Of a stretch of 64,000 bases of DNA, positions 32,022-41,626 are shown in pieces (position 1 is the stretch's first letter; each line of letters begins with the position of its first letter). Under the pieces are notes generated by a model, which searched no databases, had not been told where the DNA came from, and saw nothing but the letters and a program-made list of their open reading frames with translations. Source of the DNA: Candidatus Tenderia sp. (GTDB lineage Bacteria; Pseudomonadota; Gammaproteobacteria; Tenderiales; Tenderiaceae); contig JANOSY010000055.1 of the NCBI GenBank assembly GCA_031416075.1, positions 1 through 64,000 on the forward strand, written 5' to 3'. The position numbers were made by a program, and so were the translations under genes.

Positions 32022-33281
32022 TTACAGCCCGGCGGCGTTAACACTGGCGGTTATTGTTTGGCGGCGTGTCTGCATCAGTTGCTGGATGGCGGTGATGCAG
32101 GCGCGGGCTTGGTCTGTTTGTTGAAATTCCTGGGCGATAATCGGTGCCTGTTGTTGCAGTGCGGTGGCGGTTTTATCCAGGGTTTGTTTCACCAGTTTAA
32201 AACCGATGCCGCACTGCTGCGCCAGCTGTTGCCAGCTGCGGGCGATGATCCAGTCGGGCCGATCTTCGCCGCCGATTTTCATCGCGGGGCGGTCACTCAG
32301 GCCGGGGTAGATGGTGGTGCTCATCAGGTCGTAAAACGGTGCGAGTTTGGGGCCTTGGCGGGTGAGCAGTAGTGATACGTTTTTACCGTGGGCGTCGGCA
32401 TTGCCGATGAGGTAGTTGAAGGCGACCCAGTTGAGCAGTTGGCGCAGGTCAATCACCGGCTGGATGCTCTGTTTGCGTATCAGTTCAAAACAGGCGGCCA
32501 GTGTGGGGCCGCCCTCTTTTTCATATTTAATTTCGGGCAGTATGGCCAACGCCTGGCAGAAGTCTTCCTGATGCAGGCGTTGGATCGGCTCGGCTGGCGA
32601 GCTGCGCTGGCGATCATAACGGCTGACCAGGTAGAGCCATTGGCCGCGATTTTCCAGTAGGCTCACCTGCGGGACATTTAATCCAACGGCTGCAGCCAGA
32701 CGCATGCAGTAGGCTTCGTTAAAAATGCTATCCGGGTAGTGGCTGATAGCCGGTTTGAGGATGTGGCTGCTGGCGGCATTGCCTTGCGGCAGGCTGATCT
32801 GCTGGCCATCAAAATAGACCGGTAGTTTATTTTGCACCCCGGCCAAGGAGAGTCGTAGCTCCCCTTCCCCGGCCAGCATGGGCTGTTGTGGCAGTTGTTG
32901 AATCAGCTGCTGTAGTTGTTCCTCATCCAGCGGTTGATAACGACCGGGTTCGGTGGGTGGCTGTTGATCTTCGGGGTAGAGGCTGACGGCGCCGGCGCAT
33001 TCACCACCAATGGCCTCTAGCAGGGCGTAGTCGTTTTTGTCGGAGAGGCCCAGTTTGCGGGCGATGGCGCTACGCAGCTCGGCCTCGGGCAGCAAGTTGG
33101 CAAAAAATGGCCGGGCGCTGTCGTCACTGTAGGGGGCTGCACGCAGCGGCAGCGAGAGTGAGAGTGGTACGGCCTGTTCATCGGCCAGCCAGGTGGCATG
33201 GTATTGAAAAACAAAACGGCGTTGGCCATCGAGGGCCAGTTGGCCGACGTGCTGCTGGTTGAGGTAGACGGCCAGGGCCAT
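32022..33281 (-). CDS. hipA: HipA-family kinase toxin
   Basis: PLSLSLP, FFANLLPE, SLAGVQNK, HQEDFCQAL, GNADAHGKN, LAPFYD. Confidence 0.93.
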   Translation of the reverse strand: MALAVYLNQQHVGQLALDGQRRFVFQYHATWLADEQAVPLSLSLPLRAAPYSDDSARPFFANLLPEAELRSAIARKLGLSDKNDYALLEAIGGECAGAVSLYPEDQQPPTEPGRYQPLDEEQLQQLIQQLPQQPMLAGEGELRLSLAGVQNKLPVYFDGQQISLPQGNAASSHILKPAISHYPDSIFNEAYCMRLAAAVGLNVPQVSLLENRGQWLYLVSRYDRQRSSPAEPIQRLHQEDFCQALAILPEIKYEKEGGPTLAACFELIRKQSIQPVIDLRQLLNWVAFNYLIGNADAHGKNVSLLLTRQGPKLAPFYDLMSTTIYPGLSDRPAMKIGGEDRPDWIIARSWQQLAQQCGIGFKLVKQTLDKTATALQQQAPIIAQEFQQTDQARACITAIQQLMQTRRQTITASVNAAGL

Positions 33282-33550
33282 TAGTCGGCCTCGCCATTGC
33301 GATTGTTTTGCCAGCCGCGTGGCTGAAGGTGCAGTTCCAGCCCAAGGCACTGGATGACGGCCAGCACCTTGCCCAGTTCGGCGGTGGCTTTGCCGTTTTC
33401 CAGGTCGGAGATAAAGCGGGTGCCGACACCACAGAGGGCGGCAAATTCCGCCTGGGTGGCCCCCTGCTGTTTGCGGGTGGCGCGGACGATGTCACCGATA
33501 TCCTGCGGCAGTGAAATTTTCCCGTACGGTATTTCTTTGTTCGACGGCAT
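33281..33550 (-). CDS. hipB: HipB-like Xre HTH antitoxin
   Basis: VRATRKQQGATQAEFAALCGVGTRFISDLENGK. TAATG overlap with hipA. Confidence 0.88.
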   Translation of the reverse strand: MPSNKEIPYGKISLPQDIGDIVRATRKQQGATQAEFAALCGVGTRFISDLENGKATAELGKVLAVIQCLGLELHLQPRGWQNNRNGEAD

Positions 33551-33632
33551 GATGCTCTGCTTAGATTGTTCCCGTTCGGTAACTATAGTGTTGGTTGCGG
33601 CTTTAAACAAGCTGTTTATTCCCGATCAGTAT
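33519..33632. promoter_or_regulatory. Three quasi-palindromic operator-like sites at exact 50-bp spacing
   Basis: TTCCCGTACGGTAT (33519), TTCCCGTTCGGTAA (33569), TTCCCGATCAGTAT (33619). Confidence 0.65.
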
Positions 33633-33666
33633 TTTTTAAGGCACTAGATATCCCTCTTCGCACCGC

Positions 33667-33805
33667 GTAGGTTCGAATTTATTCGAACAATACTCTGTCG
33701 GTAAACGCATGAGTGCGAATAAATTCGCACCTACCTGCCAGCTGATCAGTGCGTTCATCACCAACCCTTCGACGGGTTCGGGACAGGCTCAGGGCGAACG
33801 GGGTT
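33667..33805. repeat. REP-like elements: inverted GTAG pair plus a CCCTTCGAC..GCTCAGG.CGAACGG unit
   Basis: gtaggttcgaatttattcgaac / gtgcgaataaattcgcacctac, and cccttcgac...aggctcagggcgaacgggg. Confidence 0.75.
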
Positions 33806-33807
33806 GT

Positions 33808-34482
33808 TCATTCTGTTTGCAGTTGCGCCAATGCCTCTTTGTGCTGGCGCAACTGGCTGTTGAGTTCGACCTTGCGGTTGAACTGTGGCTCTTTGTGCAG
33901 CCGGGTTTCAAGTTGCTCGCAGAGGCGCTGCTGGACGCGAATCTGCTGGATACGGGCAACTTGCTGTGGCAGCCCCTCCCCCACTTTGGCGGGTTCCGGC
34001 AGGTAGGCGCGCAGGAGCTGTTCATAGAGGCTGGCCAGATCCAGCGCTACGGGTAGTTCGCTGGTGGCGCTGTTGGCGGGTTGCCAGTCGCTGCTGAAAT
34101 AGGCCTCGACCAACCACTGTTTGCTATCAGCTTCGTTGGGACGTTTGTAGGCGATGGTGGTTTTGAGCTGTTCGCCATAACGCAGCTGGTAGAGGATGGG
34201 GATACGCACCTGTTGGTCGAGGGTGCGCAGTACCTCTTCATGTAGATCCGGAGTTTTGAGTTGCAGTTCAATGACGGCGATTTCGGCTATGCCATGTTTG
34301 GCGGGCAGGTTGATGGTTTCTGGCGCGAGGACGTAGAGCCAAGTGATTTTGTCGAGCTGGTTGATAAATAGGTCACGCAGCTTTTTGCCTACTTTGCCCT
34401 GCTGGTAGATTTTGCTTTTGGCGATCACCTTATGAAAGGCAGCTTGGGCGGGAAAACAAAAGATAGGGCCTAGCTTATTCAT
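33808..34482 (-). CDS. DUF4391-family protein
   Basis: LAPETINLP, E.VLR.LD..., C-terminal EPQFNRKVELN. Confidence 0.85.
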   Translation of the reverse strand: MNKLGPIFCFPAQAAFHKVIAKSKIYQQGKVGKKLRDLFINQLDKITWLYVLAPETINLPAKHGIAEIAVIELQLKTPDLHEEVLRTLDQQVRIPILYQLRYGEQLKTTIAYKRPNEADSKQWLVEAYFSSDWQPANSATSELPVALDLASLYEQLLRAYLPEPAKVGEGLPQQVARIQQIRVQQRLCEQLETRLHKEPQFNRKVELNSQLRQHKEALAQLQTE

Positions 34483-37400
34483 GGTGTGGCCGTCGCCTGC
34501 ACAACCAGGAAACAGATCAGCTCAAAGTCATCCAGGCCGCTGATGGTGTGACGCATGGCGGTAGTGGAGCTGCTGCCGGAGAAGAGGCTGTCGATGTCGC
34601 TTGCTTCTTTGAGGTCGATGATGGAGCCGATGGCTTGATCGAGCAGTGCCGAATAGAGCGCCATGTTGCGCCCATCCTGGGTGGCTTGATTAAAAATGGC
34701 ACAGGCGGCCTGCACAGGTTCGCTGCGACCTTTGCTGGCGGCGCGGACTTTATCCAACAACAGTTTGACGTCGGTGTGGTTGACCACCACTTCTCCATCG
34801 AGCCCGATGTAGATCAGGTAGTAAGGGTGCAGGCGGTTTTGCTGGTTGATGTTAACGCCGGAGTTGCGGTTGCGCAGCACAAAGACGACGCCGGGTGGCA
34901 GACCGCGTGCTGGGTCGGCGGGTAGTACGGTGTGCATGCCACTGGGCATGTTGGCCAGGTCGCCGTTTTGTTTGATGTAGTTGAGCAGGTCCATGCGAAA
35001 GTCATTGAGGCCGAGATCGGTGATGGAGACGCCGGTTTTCAGCTCTTCCATCTCGATCACCTCTTCCTGCAGGCGGCGCAGCTGCTCCTTGCGGTAGGAG
35101 ACGTCATTGGATTGGGTGTTGAGTACGTTGTCGTCAGCAGTAGCCGCAAGATCGGTAATGATCATGCGGTTTTCGACCCGCTCTTTGAGGTTGATGTACT
35201 CATCAAGGGTGATGTCGGGCCAGTAGTTGACCAGTTGAATGTACTTGTTTTTGGAACCAATACGATCGATGCGACCAAAGCGCTGGATGATGCGCACGGG
35301 GTTCCAGTGGATGTCGTAGTTGATCAGGTAGTCACCATCTTGCAGGTTTTGCCCTTCGGAGATGCAGTCGGTGCCGATGAGGATGTCGATCTCTTCCGGC
35401 TCATTGGGCAGGACGATGGCCTTCTCTTTGGAGATGGGCGAAAACAGGGTGAGCAGTGATTGAAAGTCGTAGCCCTTTTTAAGCGTGGACTTGGGGCCAT
35501 CACTACCCGTGACTTTGCCGGTGTGCAGGCCACGGGTTTTGTGGATGTGCTGGGCGAGGTTGTCGTAAAGGTAGTTGGCGGTGTCGGCAAAGGCGGTGAA
35601 GATGATGATTTTTTTGTTGCCGGGGTTGATCGGTGAGGCCAGTTTGCTTTCGATCTGGGTTTTAAGGTGCTGGAGTTTGGCGTCGTCACTCGGGGTGACT
35701 TTTTGCATCTCTGCCAGCAGGGCTTCTATCAGCACCAGATCGGCGGCCAGGTCGTTTTGCCAAGAGAGCAGATCCATATCGTACAGGCTGATTTTTATCT
35801 TGTTGCCGATGGTGGCGTCATTCAAGTCTGGTAGATCATCTTCATCAAACTCGGCATCGGCAAAAGCGGTGGCGATATCCTCAAAAACAGCTTCACCGCC
35901 GGTGCGTTTGAACTCTGCAATTTTTTCCAATGTATTTAGGTGGCTGCGTTGCAGGTTCTGCAAGGTCATACGGAAGGCGTAGACCGAGCTTTCCAGGCGC
36001 TTGAGCAGATTGGTGATCATAAGCGCTTGCAGGCTCTTTTCCCGGTCGGCCTGTCTCAGCTTGCCTCTGCCACCCCCTACTTCGGTATCGTAAAGCGCTT
36101 CGTATTTGGCCAATCGGCTAGGCAGTATATAACTGACAGGGGCATAGACAGAGAGGTTTAATGATGAGAGCTGGGCAAAGATTTCGTTAAAGCCGATCAC
36201 ATCTTCACGCTGTGTGAGTGGGCTGTGTACCGAGATGGGTTTAAGGCGCTCGGGGAATTTGCCAATGTCGGCAGTATCGTAAAAGGTTTCGATATGTTTG
36301 CGCGAACGGGCGATGGTGACGCTATCCAACAGTTCAAAGAAGTCAAAGTCCAGGGCGTTGAGTATGGCGGCGGCGGTGCGCTCTTCTGGTGGCAGTGTTG
36401 ACCAGTGATTAAAGGCCGCTTGTGCCTTGCGGAAGACCTCATCTATGCTTTTTTCGGTGCGCAATTTTTTGGTGAGGTTTTCCGAGTCCCCTTCGTAAGC
36501 CAGCGCCAGCTGGTTTTTAAGATCTGCAAAACGGTTGTTCACTGGCGTAGCTGAGAGCATCAGCACCTTGGTTTTTACACCGGCTTTTATGACGGCGTTC
36601 ATCAGACGCTGATAGCGGGTTTCACGATCCTTATAGACATCGTTATTACGGAAATTGTGTGATTCATCGATCACCACTAGATCATAGTTGCCCCAGTTGA
36701 TGCGGTTGAGCGGCATGCCGAAGGATTCACCCGTGGTACGTTGCAGGTCGGTGTGGCAGAGCACGTCGTAGTTGAAACGGTCTTTGGCAAAGATATTGGT
36801 GGTGAGATTGCTGTTGTAATTTAGCCAGTTGTCCGCCAGTTTTTTGGGGCATAACACCAAGACTGATTTATTGCGGAGTTCGTAGTATTTAACCACGGCC
36901 AGCGCGGTGAAGGTTTTGCCCAAACCGACGCTGTCGGCCAGGATACAGCCGCTGTAGGTTTCCAGTTTGTTGATGATGCCGGTGGCGGCATCACGCTGGA
37001 AGTTAAAAAGTTTGTTCCAGATCAAACTCTCCTGATAACCGGTGCGATCATTGGGCAGTACGTCTTCGGAGATATCCTCCAGAAACTCATTAAAGATGTT
37101 GTAGAGCATCAGGAAGTAGATGCGTTCAGGTGAATTTTCGCGGTAGACAGAAGCGATGTGGTCGCAGAGTCGCTCAGTGACATCTTCAAGTTTTTCGCTG
37201 TCACGCCAAACTTGATCAAACAGGCTGACGTAGCGCCCGGTCATAAGTGGATCATCTATTTTGTTGACGAAGTTGGAAACGGCATCGCCTTGTTGGTAAC
37301 CCAAATCAACGGCGGTAAAACCATGTAGTGGCATGTATGCCGATTCACTCTGCTGATCCTTTACACAGATGAACTGCTGCATAGGGGCTTTGCTACGATT

Positions 37401-37760
37401 GGAACGAAAGGCGGCTTTGCGGCGCATCCAGTCGGCACACTCTTTGGCTATCGCCCGTTGGGTGAGTCTGTTTTTGAGTTGTATCTCAAATTCAGTGCCG
37501 TAGATGCTGCGCTCGCGCTCTGCTTTGGGAATCAGGAATTCGCGACGCTCTTTTTTGAGTTTATCTGTGACCTCTTCTGGCACGAAGGTGGGGGATGTAA
37601 ATATGAACTCTAGCGATTCAATGCCCTCAAGCTCTTTTTTCAGGGCTTCATAGGCATAGATAGAAAAACATGAGGCTGCGATTTTAAGGCGCGCCCCCGG
37701 CTTGATGGTCTGTTTCAGGTTGTCGCCCAGGAGCTGATTGATGTTATCTATAAAGTCCAT
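34479..37760 (-). CDS. SNF2-type helicase with N-terminal PLD-like domain
   Basis: IAASCFSIYAY, ILADSVGLGKT, VIDESHN, LSATP, KRLESS, ISEGQNLQ, HWNP, QRFGRIDRIG. Confidence 0.9.
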   Translation of the reverse strand: MDFIDNINQLLGDNLKQTIKPGARLKIAASCFSIYAYEALKKELEGIESLEFIFTSPTFVPEEVTDKLKKERREFLIPKAERERSIYGTEFEIQLKNRLTQRAIAKECADWMRRKAAFRSNRSKAPMQQFICVKDQQSESAYMPLHGFTAVDLGYQQGDAVSNFVNKIDDPLMTGRYVSLFDQVWRDSEKLEDVTERLCDHIASVYRENSPERIYFLMLYNIFNEFLEDISEDVLPNDRTGYQESLIWNKLFNFQRDAATGIINKLETYSGCILADSVGLGKTFTALAVVKYYELRNKSVLVLCPKKLADNWLNYNSNLTTNIFAKDRFNYDVLCHTDLQRTTGESFGMPLNRINWGNYDLVVIDESHNFRNNDVYKDRETRYQRLMNAVIKAGVKTKVLMLSATPVNNRFADLKNQLALAYEGDSENLTKKLRTEKSIDEVFRKAQAAFNHWSTLPPEERTAAAILNALDFDFFELLDSVTIARSRKHIETFYDTADIGKFPERLKPISVHSPLTQREDVIGFNEIFAQLSSLNLSVYAPVSYILPSRLAKYEALYDTEVGGGRGKLRQADREKSLQALMITNLLKRLESSVYAFRMTLQNLQRSHLNTLEKIAEFKRTGGEAVFEDIATAFADAEFDEDDLPDLNDATIGNKIKISLYDMDLLSWQNDLAADLVLIEALLAEMQKVTPSDDAKLQHLKTQIESKLASPINPGNKKIIIFTAFADTANYLYDNLAQHIHKTRGLHTGKVTGSDGPKSTLKKGYDFQSLLTLFSPISKEKAIVLPNEPEEIDILIGTDCISEGQNLQDGDYLINYDIHWNPVRIIQRFGRIDRIGSKNKYIQLVNYWPDITLDEYINLKERVENRMIITDLAATADDNVLNTQSNDVSYRKEQLRRLQEEVIEMEELKTGVSITDLGLNDFRMDLLNYIKQNGDLANMPSGMHTVLPADPARGLPPGVVFVLRNRNSGVNINQQNRLHPYYLIYIGLDGEVVVNHTDVKLLLDKVRAASKGRSEPVQAACAIFNQATQDGRNMALYSALLDQAIGSIIDLKEASDIDSLFSGSSSTTAMRHTISGLDDFELICFLVVQATATP

Positions 37761-37892
37761 GATTCATTCCTTAAAACATCCTGCCCTGACGCCAATATCA
37801 ACTTCTCCACACCATACTACGTGGCCCTGTGTCTGAGCCACAACTGAAACTCGGTCCCTTGCAGCCTGTAACAGCCTCGCTACAGAGTGCCC

Positions 37893-38330
37893 TCACCCAA
37901 CAAACATTTTCCAATAAATATTCACTATCTGTTCTTCATTCCACACATACGAAAGATGCGCTCCCTGTTTGGGGATGCTGACGATGGGTGGTCCTAGTGC
38001 GGCGATGCACTCTCCGCCCGTGCCCCTTGCCGAACGATAAACAATGCCCCAGCTGTTGCCACGTATGTCGTGCAGTGGTTTGACCACCTCGCCTATGTAG
38101 ACACGCATAGCAATCCAGCCTGCATCCTTCTGGGTGTAGGTGTAGGCAAGAAAGCAGGCGCAGCTCTGTTTGCTCTCTCCGTAGCCGATCATTGGTGAGG
38201 GATTCTATATAGTAGAGCCCCATCAGGTCTACCTCCACCAGCCGTTCAAAAAGGTTAATGGGCGGGTACTGGCTTGGCCAGTCGAGTTTAGAATTCCACA
38301 ACCTGACCCCTGCTTTTGGATTTAGGAAAC
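37893..38330 (-). pseudogene. Fragmented RES-domain (NAD+ phosphorylase toxin) gene
   Basis: Pieces in different frames: SQYPPINLFERLV...ESLTNDRLR and GIVYRSAR..GGECIAAL.PP. Confidence 0.6.
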
Positions 38331-38380
38331 CTCTGAATAACTCTTCCTCACCCAAAATACTTCGTGGGGCAGACTCTTCG

Positions 38381-38470
38381 TGGTGAGCTTGTCGAACCAT
38401 TAATGGAGGGATCTTAATAGTCAATATGTTACGTCACCAGTCCTTCGACAGGCTCAGGACGAACGGGGTT
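38381..38470. repeat. REP-like inverted pair
   Basis: tggtgagcttgtcgaacca / ccttcgacaggctcaggacgaacgg; same family as the unit at 33765. Confidence 0.7.
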
Positions 38471-38491
38471 GCTCAGAGGCTCTTTAGCCGA

Positions 38492-39733
38492 TTAATCAGG
38501 CTTGCTGACCTGTGTCTGTAACTCCAGCAGTTCCTCCTCCACCCCCGCAGCGGCGGTGAGTTTGGCGACGTTGTCTTTGGTAAAAAATCCATCAAAGTCA
38601 CCAAAACGCTGTACGTATTCGATGATGAGTGAGGAGTGGTCGGAGGCGCTGGAGAAGATCTGTTTTAAACCATCCTCTTTGGAGCCGATGACGTCGAGCA
38701 GGAACGCTCGCCCCTGGGCCTGAATTTGATTAACGACGTAGTTGATGTTTTCAACGCCGTTGCTTTCGCCGTCACGCACGGCCAGTGCTACGTGGTGTAG
38801 CCGTGGGCCGTAGTTTCTGACGAAGGTTTCAGTGGGGGATGGTAGCCGCTCCAGATGGTTTACAAAGTATGGGGTGTTGTTGGCGGTGAAGACTTTGGCA
38901 GGGCTGCGCATCTCTTCGAGGCGGTGGCTGTTTTTGGTGACGTTGGTGGAGGAGTTTTGATCTTTGATGTCGTAGGAGCCCCAGTAGTAGTAGCTGGAGA
39001 GTGAGAGCCATTCGAGGATCGCCACTTCGCGGTTCTGGCTGTATACACGGGTGGCGAGGTGGTCTATCGGGCCGATGAGTTTATCGATGCCCAGCTCTGC
39101 CTGCAATGTTTTGGCGGCCAGGTAGACATCCTGCACGTCGGCACGAATGGTGCTGATGCCCAGCGCGTAGGTGCGGATCTGTTCAGGGGTGCGCTCTACG
39201 TAAGCGACGATGTTGTGGGTGTAAGGAGAGGGTTTGTTGACGGCGAGATTGCCGGGCAGCTCCATTTTCCGCAAGACATCCTGGGAGAAGAAGCGAAACT
39301 CCCGCGATTTTTGTAGCTCGACCACGCCGTGCAGGTCGTTGACCCGCAGGATCTCACCCATGTAACGGCTGTTAGGTTTGCGTGAGCCGATGGGGTAGAC
39401 CTCGTTGAGGCTGCGAAAGATGCCCCGGATGTTTTCATCTTTGACTTCACGTACCAGCAGGTCTGGCGACTGCATGTCGATGCGGAGGATGTGGGTCCAG
39501 TGGGTTTCGCTCTCCAGCGTCACCAAATAGTTGTAGGGGGTCATCAGCGCCAGTTCACCGATGTATTCGATGGAGTGGCCGGGATCAACGGTGAGCATGA
39601 GTGCGTCGATCTCGTGGATCATGTCGCTTAACCCGATCCGGTCACGTTCGGTCAACAGCCGTTGCAGATATTCTTCAAAGAAGGGTGAGTTCTCTTTGTC
39701 ACCATGGCGGGCAAACTCCAGCGATTTAGTCAT
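38492..39733 (-). CDS. HPPD-like vicinal-oxygen-chelate (VOC) metalloenzyme
   Basis: IDHLATRV, FV..YGPRLHHVAL, LKQIFS and IIEYVQR..DFDGFF...NV..L match the His/His/Glu triad layout of HPPD. The N-terminal half is divergent. Confidence 0.65.
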   Translation of the reverse strand: MTKSLEFARHGDKENSPFFEEYLQRLLTERDRIGLSDMIHEIDALMLTVDPGHSIEYIGELALMTPYNYLVTLESETHWTHILRIDMQSPDLLVREVKDENIRGIFRSLNEVYPIGSRKPNSRYMGEILRVNDLHGVVELQKSREFRFFSQDVLRKMELPGNLAVNKPSPYTHNIVAYVERTPEQIRTYALGISTIRADVQDVYLAAKTLQAELGIDKLIGPIDHLATRVYSQNREVAILEWLSLSSYYYWGSYDIKDQNSSTNVTKNSHRLEEMRSPAKVFTANNTPYFVNHLERLPSPTETFVRNYGPRLHHVALAVRDGESNGVENINYVVNQIQAQGRAFLLDVIGSKEDGLKQIFSSASDHSSLIIEYVQRFGDFDGFFTKDNVAKLTAAAGVEEELLELQTQVSKPD

Positions 39734-39815
39734 ATATAACTCCCCAGCTACGTCTCTTTTTCTCTTATACCCTACTCTGGCGCTACGTGGTGCAGGCCAG
39801 ATGTGAATGGTGCTG

Positions 39816-41525
39816 TTATCCTTTTTTAATGATGTAAATCAGTATCAGGTTGATGACAAACAAGATGATGCTCAGGCCGCGCCAGAAGGCGATGGGGTTG
39901 CGCTCCAGCAGCGGCTGCCCCGCTTTGATGAGTGTGGGGTTGGGGGTGGAGAGGTCGGTGATAAATTCAGACATCACGTCGTAACGGTGGGCGGGGTTGA
40001 TCTGCACCGCCTTTTCCAGCGCGCCGTCAATCCAGACGGGGATGTCGGGGTTGATGTGGGACGATGAGAGATAGCTCACTTTTTGCAGTGAACGTGCACT
40101 CAGGGGGCCGCCATAGGGGTGCTGGCCGGTTAGCATTTCATAGGCGATGACACCGATCGAGTAGAGGTCGCTCTGTACGGTGCCAGGATAACCCTGAAAA
40201 TATTCGGGGGCGGCGTAGCCCTGTGTGCCCAGCAGCTCACCCCGAATGATGGGGGCGTTGATCTCTTGAATGCCGGCGATTTTGGTGGAGCCAAAGTCGA
40301 TAATTTTCACAACGCCGTGGCTATCGATCATGATGTTGCCAGGTTTCAGGTCCTGATGAATCATCTCCTGTCGATGAAAGGCACGCACCCCCGCCACCAT
40401 CTGTTCAACCAGTAGCCGTACGCTGTTGATGTCGGCCTGGGGGTTGTCGTTGATCCACTGCTCCAGGGTCTGCCCGTCGATATATTCACAGACGTAATAT
40501 AAAAAACGACGGCGGCGCTGCGGCTCGATAATTTTGAGTACATAGGGGCTGTTAATGCGTTTACCGGCCCACTCTTCGTGCAGAAAACCGTCGATGTAGT
40601 GGGCATCATCTTCGTAATTAACCGACGGTGTTTTTAAGACTACTTTTTGGTTACTCTCGGTATCCAGTGCTAGATAGAGCTGTGAATGGCTGCTGGCCTT
40701 TAACTCGCGCAGTACTTTGTAACCATCCAGGATCTGGCCACTCTCAAGTGACGGTGGGAACGGCAGTTCGGTGAGGTGTTGGTAGAACTCCGCCTCATCC
40801 TGGTTAGGCAGTGCGGTAACAACAAACAGCTGGCAGGTGACGTTGTCATGGCTGCCATTTTCCAGCGCACGGGTCACAATGGCCCGTGTACCACGCTCCG
40901 GCTCGGTCCGGTGGCTTTCGCACAGTTCGCGCAATATTTTGTCATTTACATATTCATGTACACCATCGGTGGTGAGCAGAAAAAGATCGTCTACCTCAAC
41001 GGGCAGACTGCGGTAGTCGATCTCCACCGAGACGTCTGCCCCCATGGCCCGGTTCAGAAAACGTTTCTCCTCGCCGCCCCAGGTTTGGTGGTCACGGGTG
41101 AGACACTGAAACTCACCATCACGCAGCCGCCAGATACGGCTGTCACCCACATGCAGCAGATGGGCGGTGGTGGATTTGATGATGATGGCGCTGAAGGTGG
41201 TCAACATGCCCTGCGCCGAACCCAGCCGACTCTGCCCCTGGCCGTAGAGCCAACGGTTCAGCGCCCCCAGTACTTTTTGGCCCGATGTTTTAACCGTCCA
41301 CGATTCGGCGGTGCTGTAGTAGTCGCTGAGGAACCCTTTGATACACGCCTCTGATGCCTCACGCCCCGCTTCTGAACTGCTGACACCGTCGGCAATCGCT
41401 ACCGCCACCCCTTTAGTAGTCAACAGTGGTTCGTCGGGCATACGGATGCCACACGCATCTTCGTTGGAGGGTTTAACCCCTTTTTCACTGTACTGGGCGG
41501 CGTTAATGGTCAGGGGTGATTGCAT
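39816..41525 (-). CDS. Bifunctional PP2C phosphatase / Ser-Thr kinase
   Basis: NED, ADGVSS, HVGDSR, TDG, DNVT; HQDLKPGN, DFG, YAAPE; C-terminal TM. Confidence 0.93.
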   Translation of the reverse strand: MQSPLTINAAQYSEKGVKPSNEDACGIRMPDEPLLTTKGVAVAIADGVSSSEAGREASEACIKGFLSDYYSTAESWTVKTSGQKVLGALNRWLYGQGQSRLGSAQGMLTTFSAIIIKSTTAHLLHVGDSRIWRLRDGEFQCLTRDHQTWGGEEKRFLNRAMGADVSVEIDYRSLPVEVDDLFLLTTDGVHEYVNDKILRELCESHRTEPERGTRAIVTRALENGSHDNVTCQLFVVTALPNQDEAEFYQHLTELPFPPSLESGQILDGYKVLRELKASSHSQLYLALDTESNQKVVLKTPSVNYEDDAHYIDGFLHEEWAGKRINSPYVLKIIEPQRRRRFLYYVCEYIDGQTLEQWINDNPQADINSVRLLVEQMVAGVRAFHRQEMIHQDLKPGNIMIDSHGVVKIIDFGSTKIAGIQEINAPIIRGELLGTQGYAAPEYFQGYPGTVQSDLYSIGVIAYEMLTGQHPYGGPLSARSLQKVSYLSSSHINPDIPVWIDGALEKAVQINPAHRYDVMSEFITDLSTPNPTLIKAGQPLLERNPIAFWRGLSIILFVINLILIYIIKKG

Positions 41526-41626
41526 CTGTTGTTTTATCTTTTACGTCAGGTGGGCACCATCTCTCGGCCCAGGAGAACAATAGGGACGGCGGGCATATAT
41601 ATAGTATGCCCGCCGGACAGCGCTAT

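Noticed and set aside
33519-33632. 50-bp periodic repeats as a mini-CRISPR
   Set aside because: The repeats are only 14 bp, degenerate and overlap the hipB promoter/start; operators explain them better.
18519-38400. Intact prophage
   Set aside because: No structural, packaging or lysis genes.
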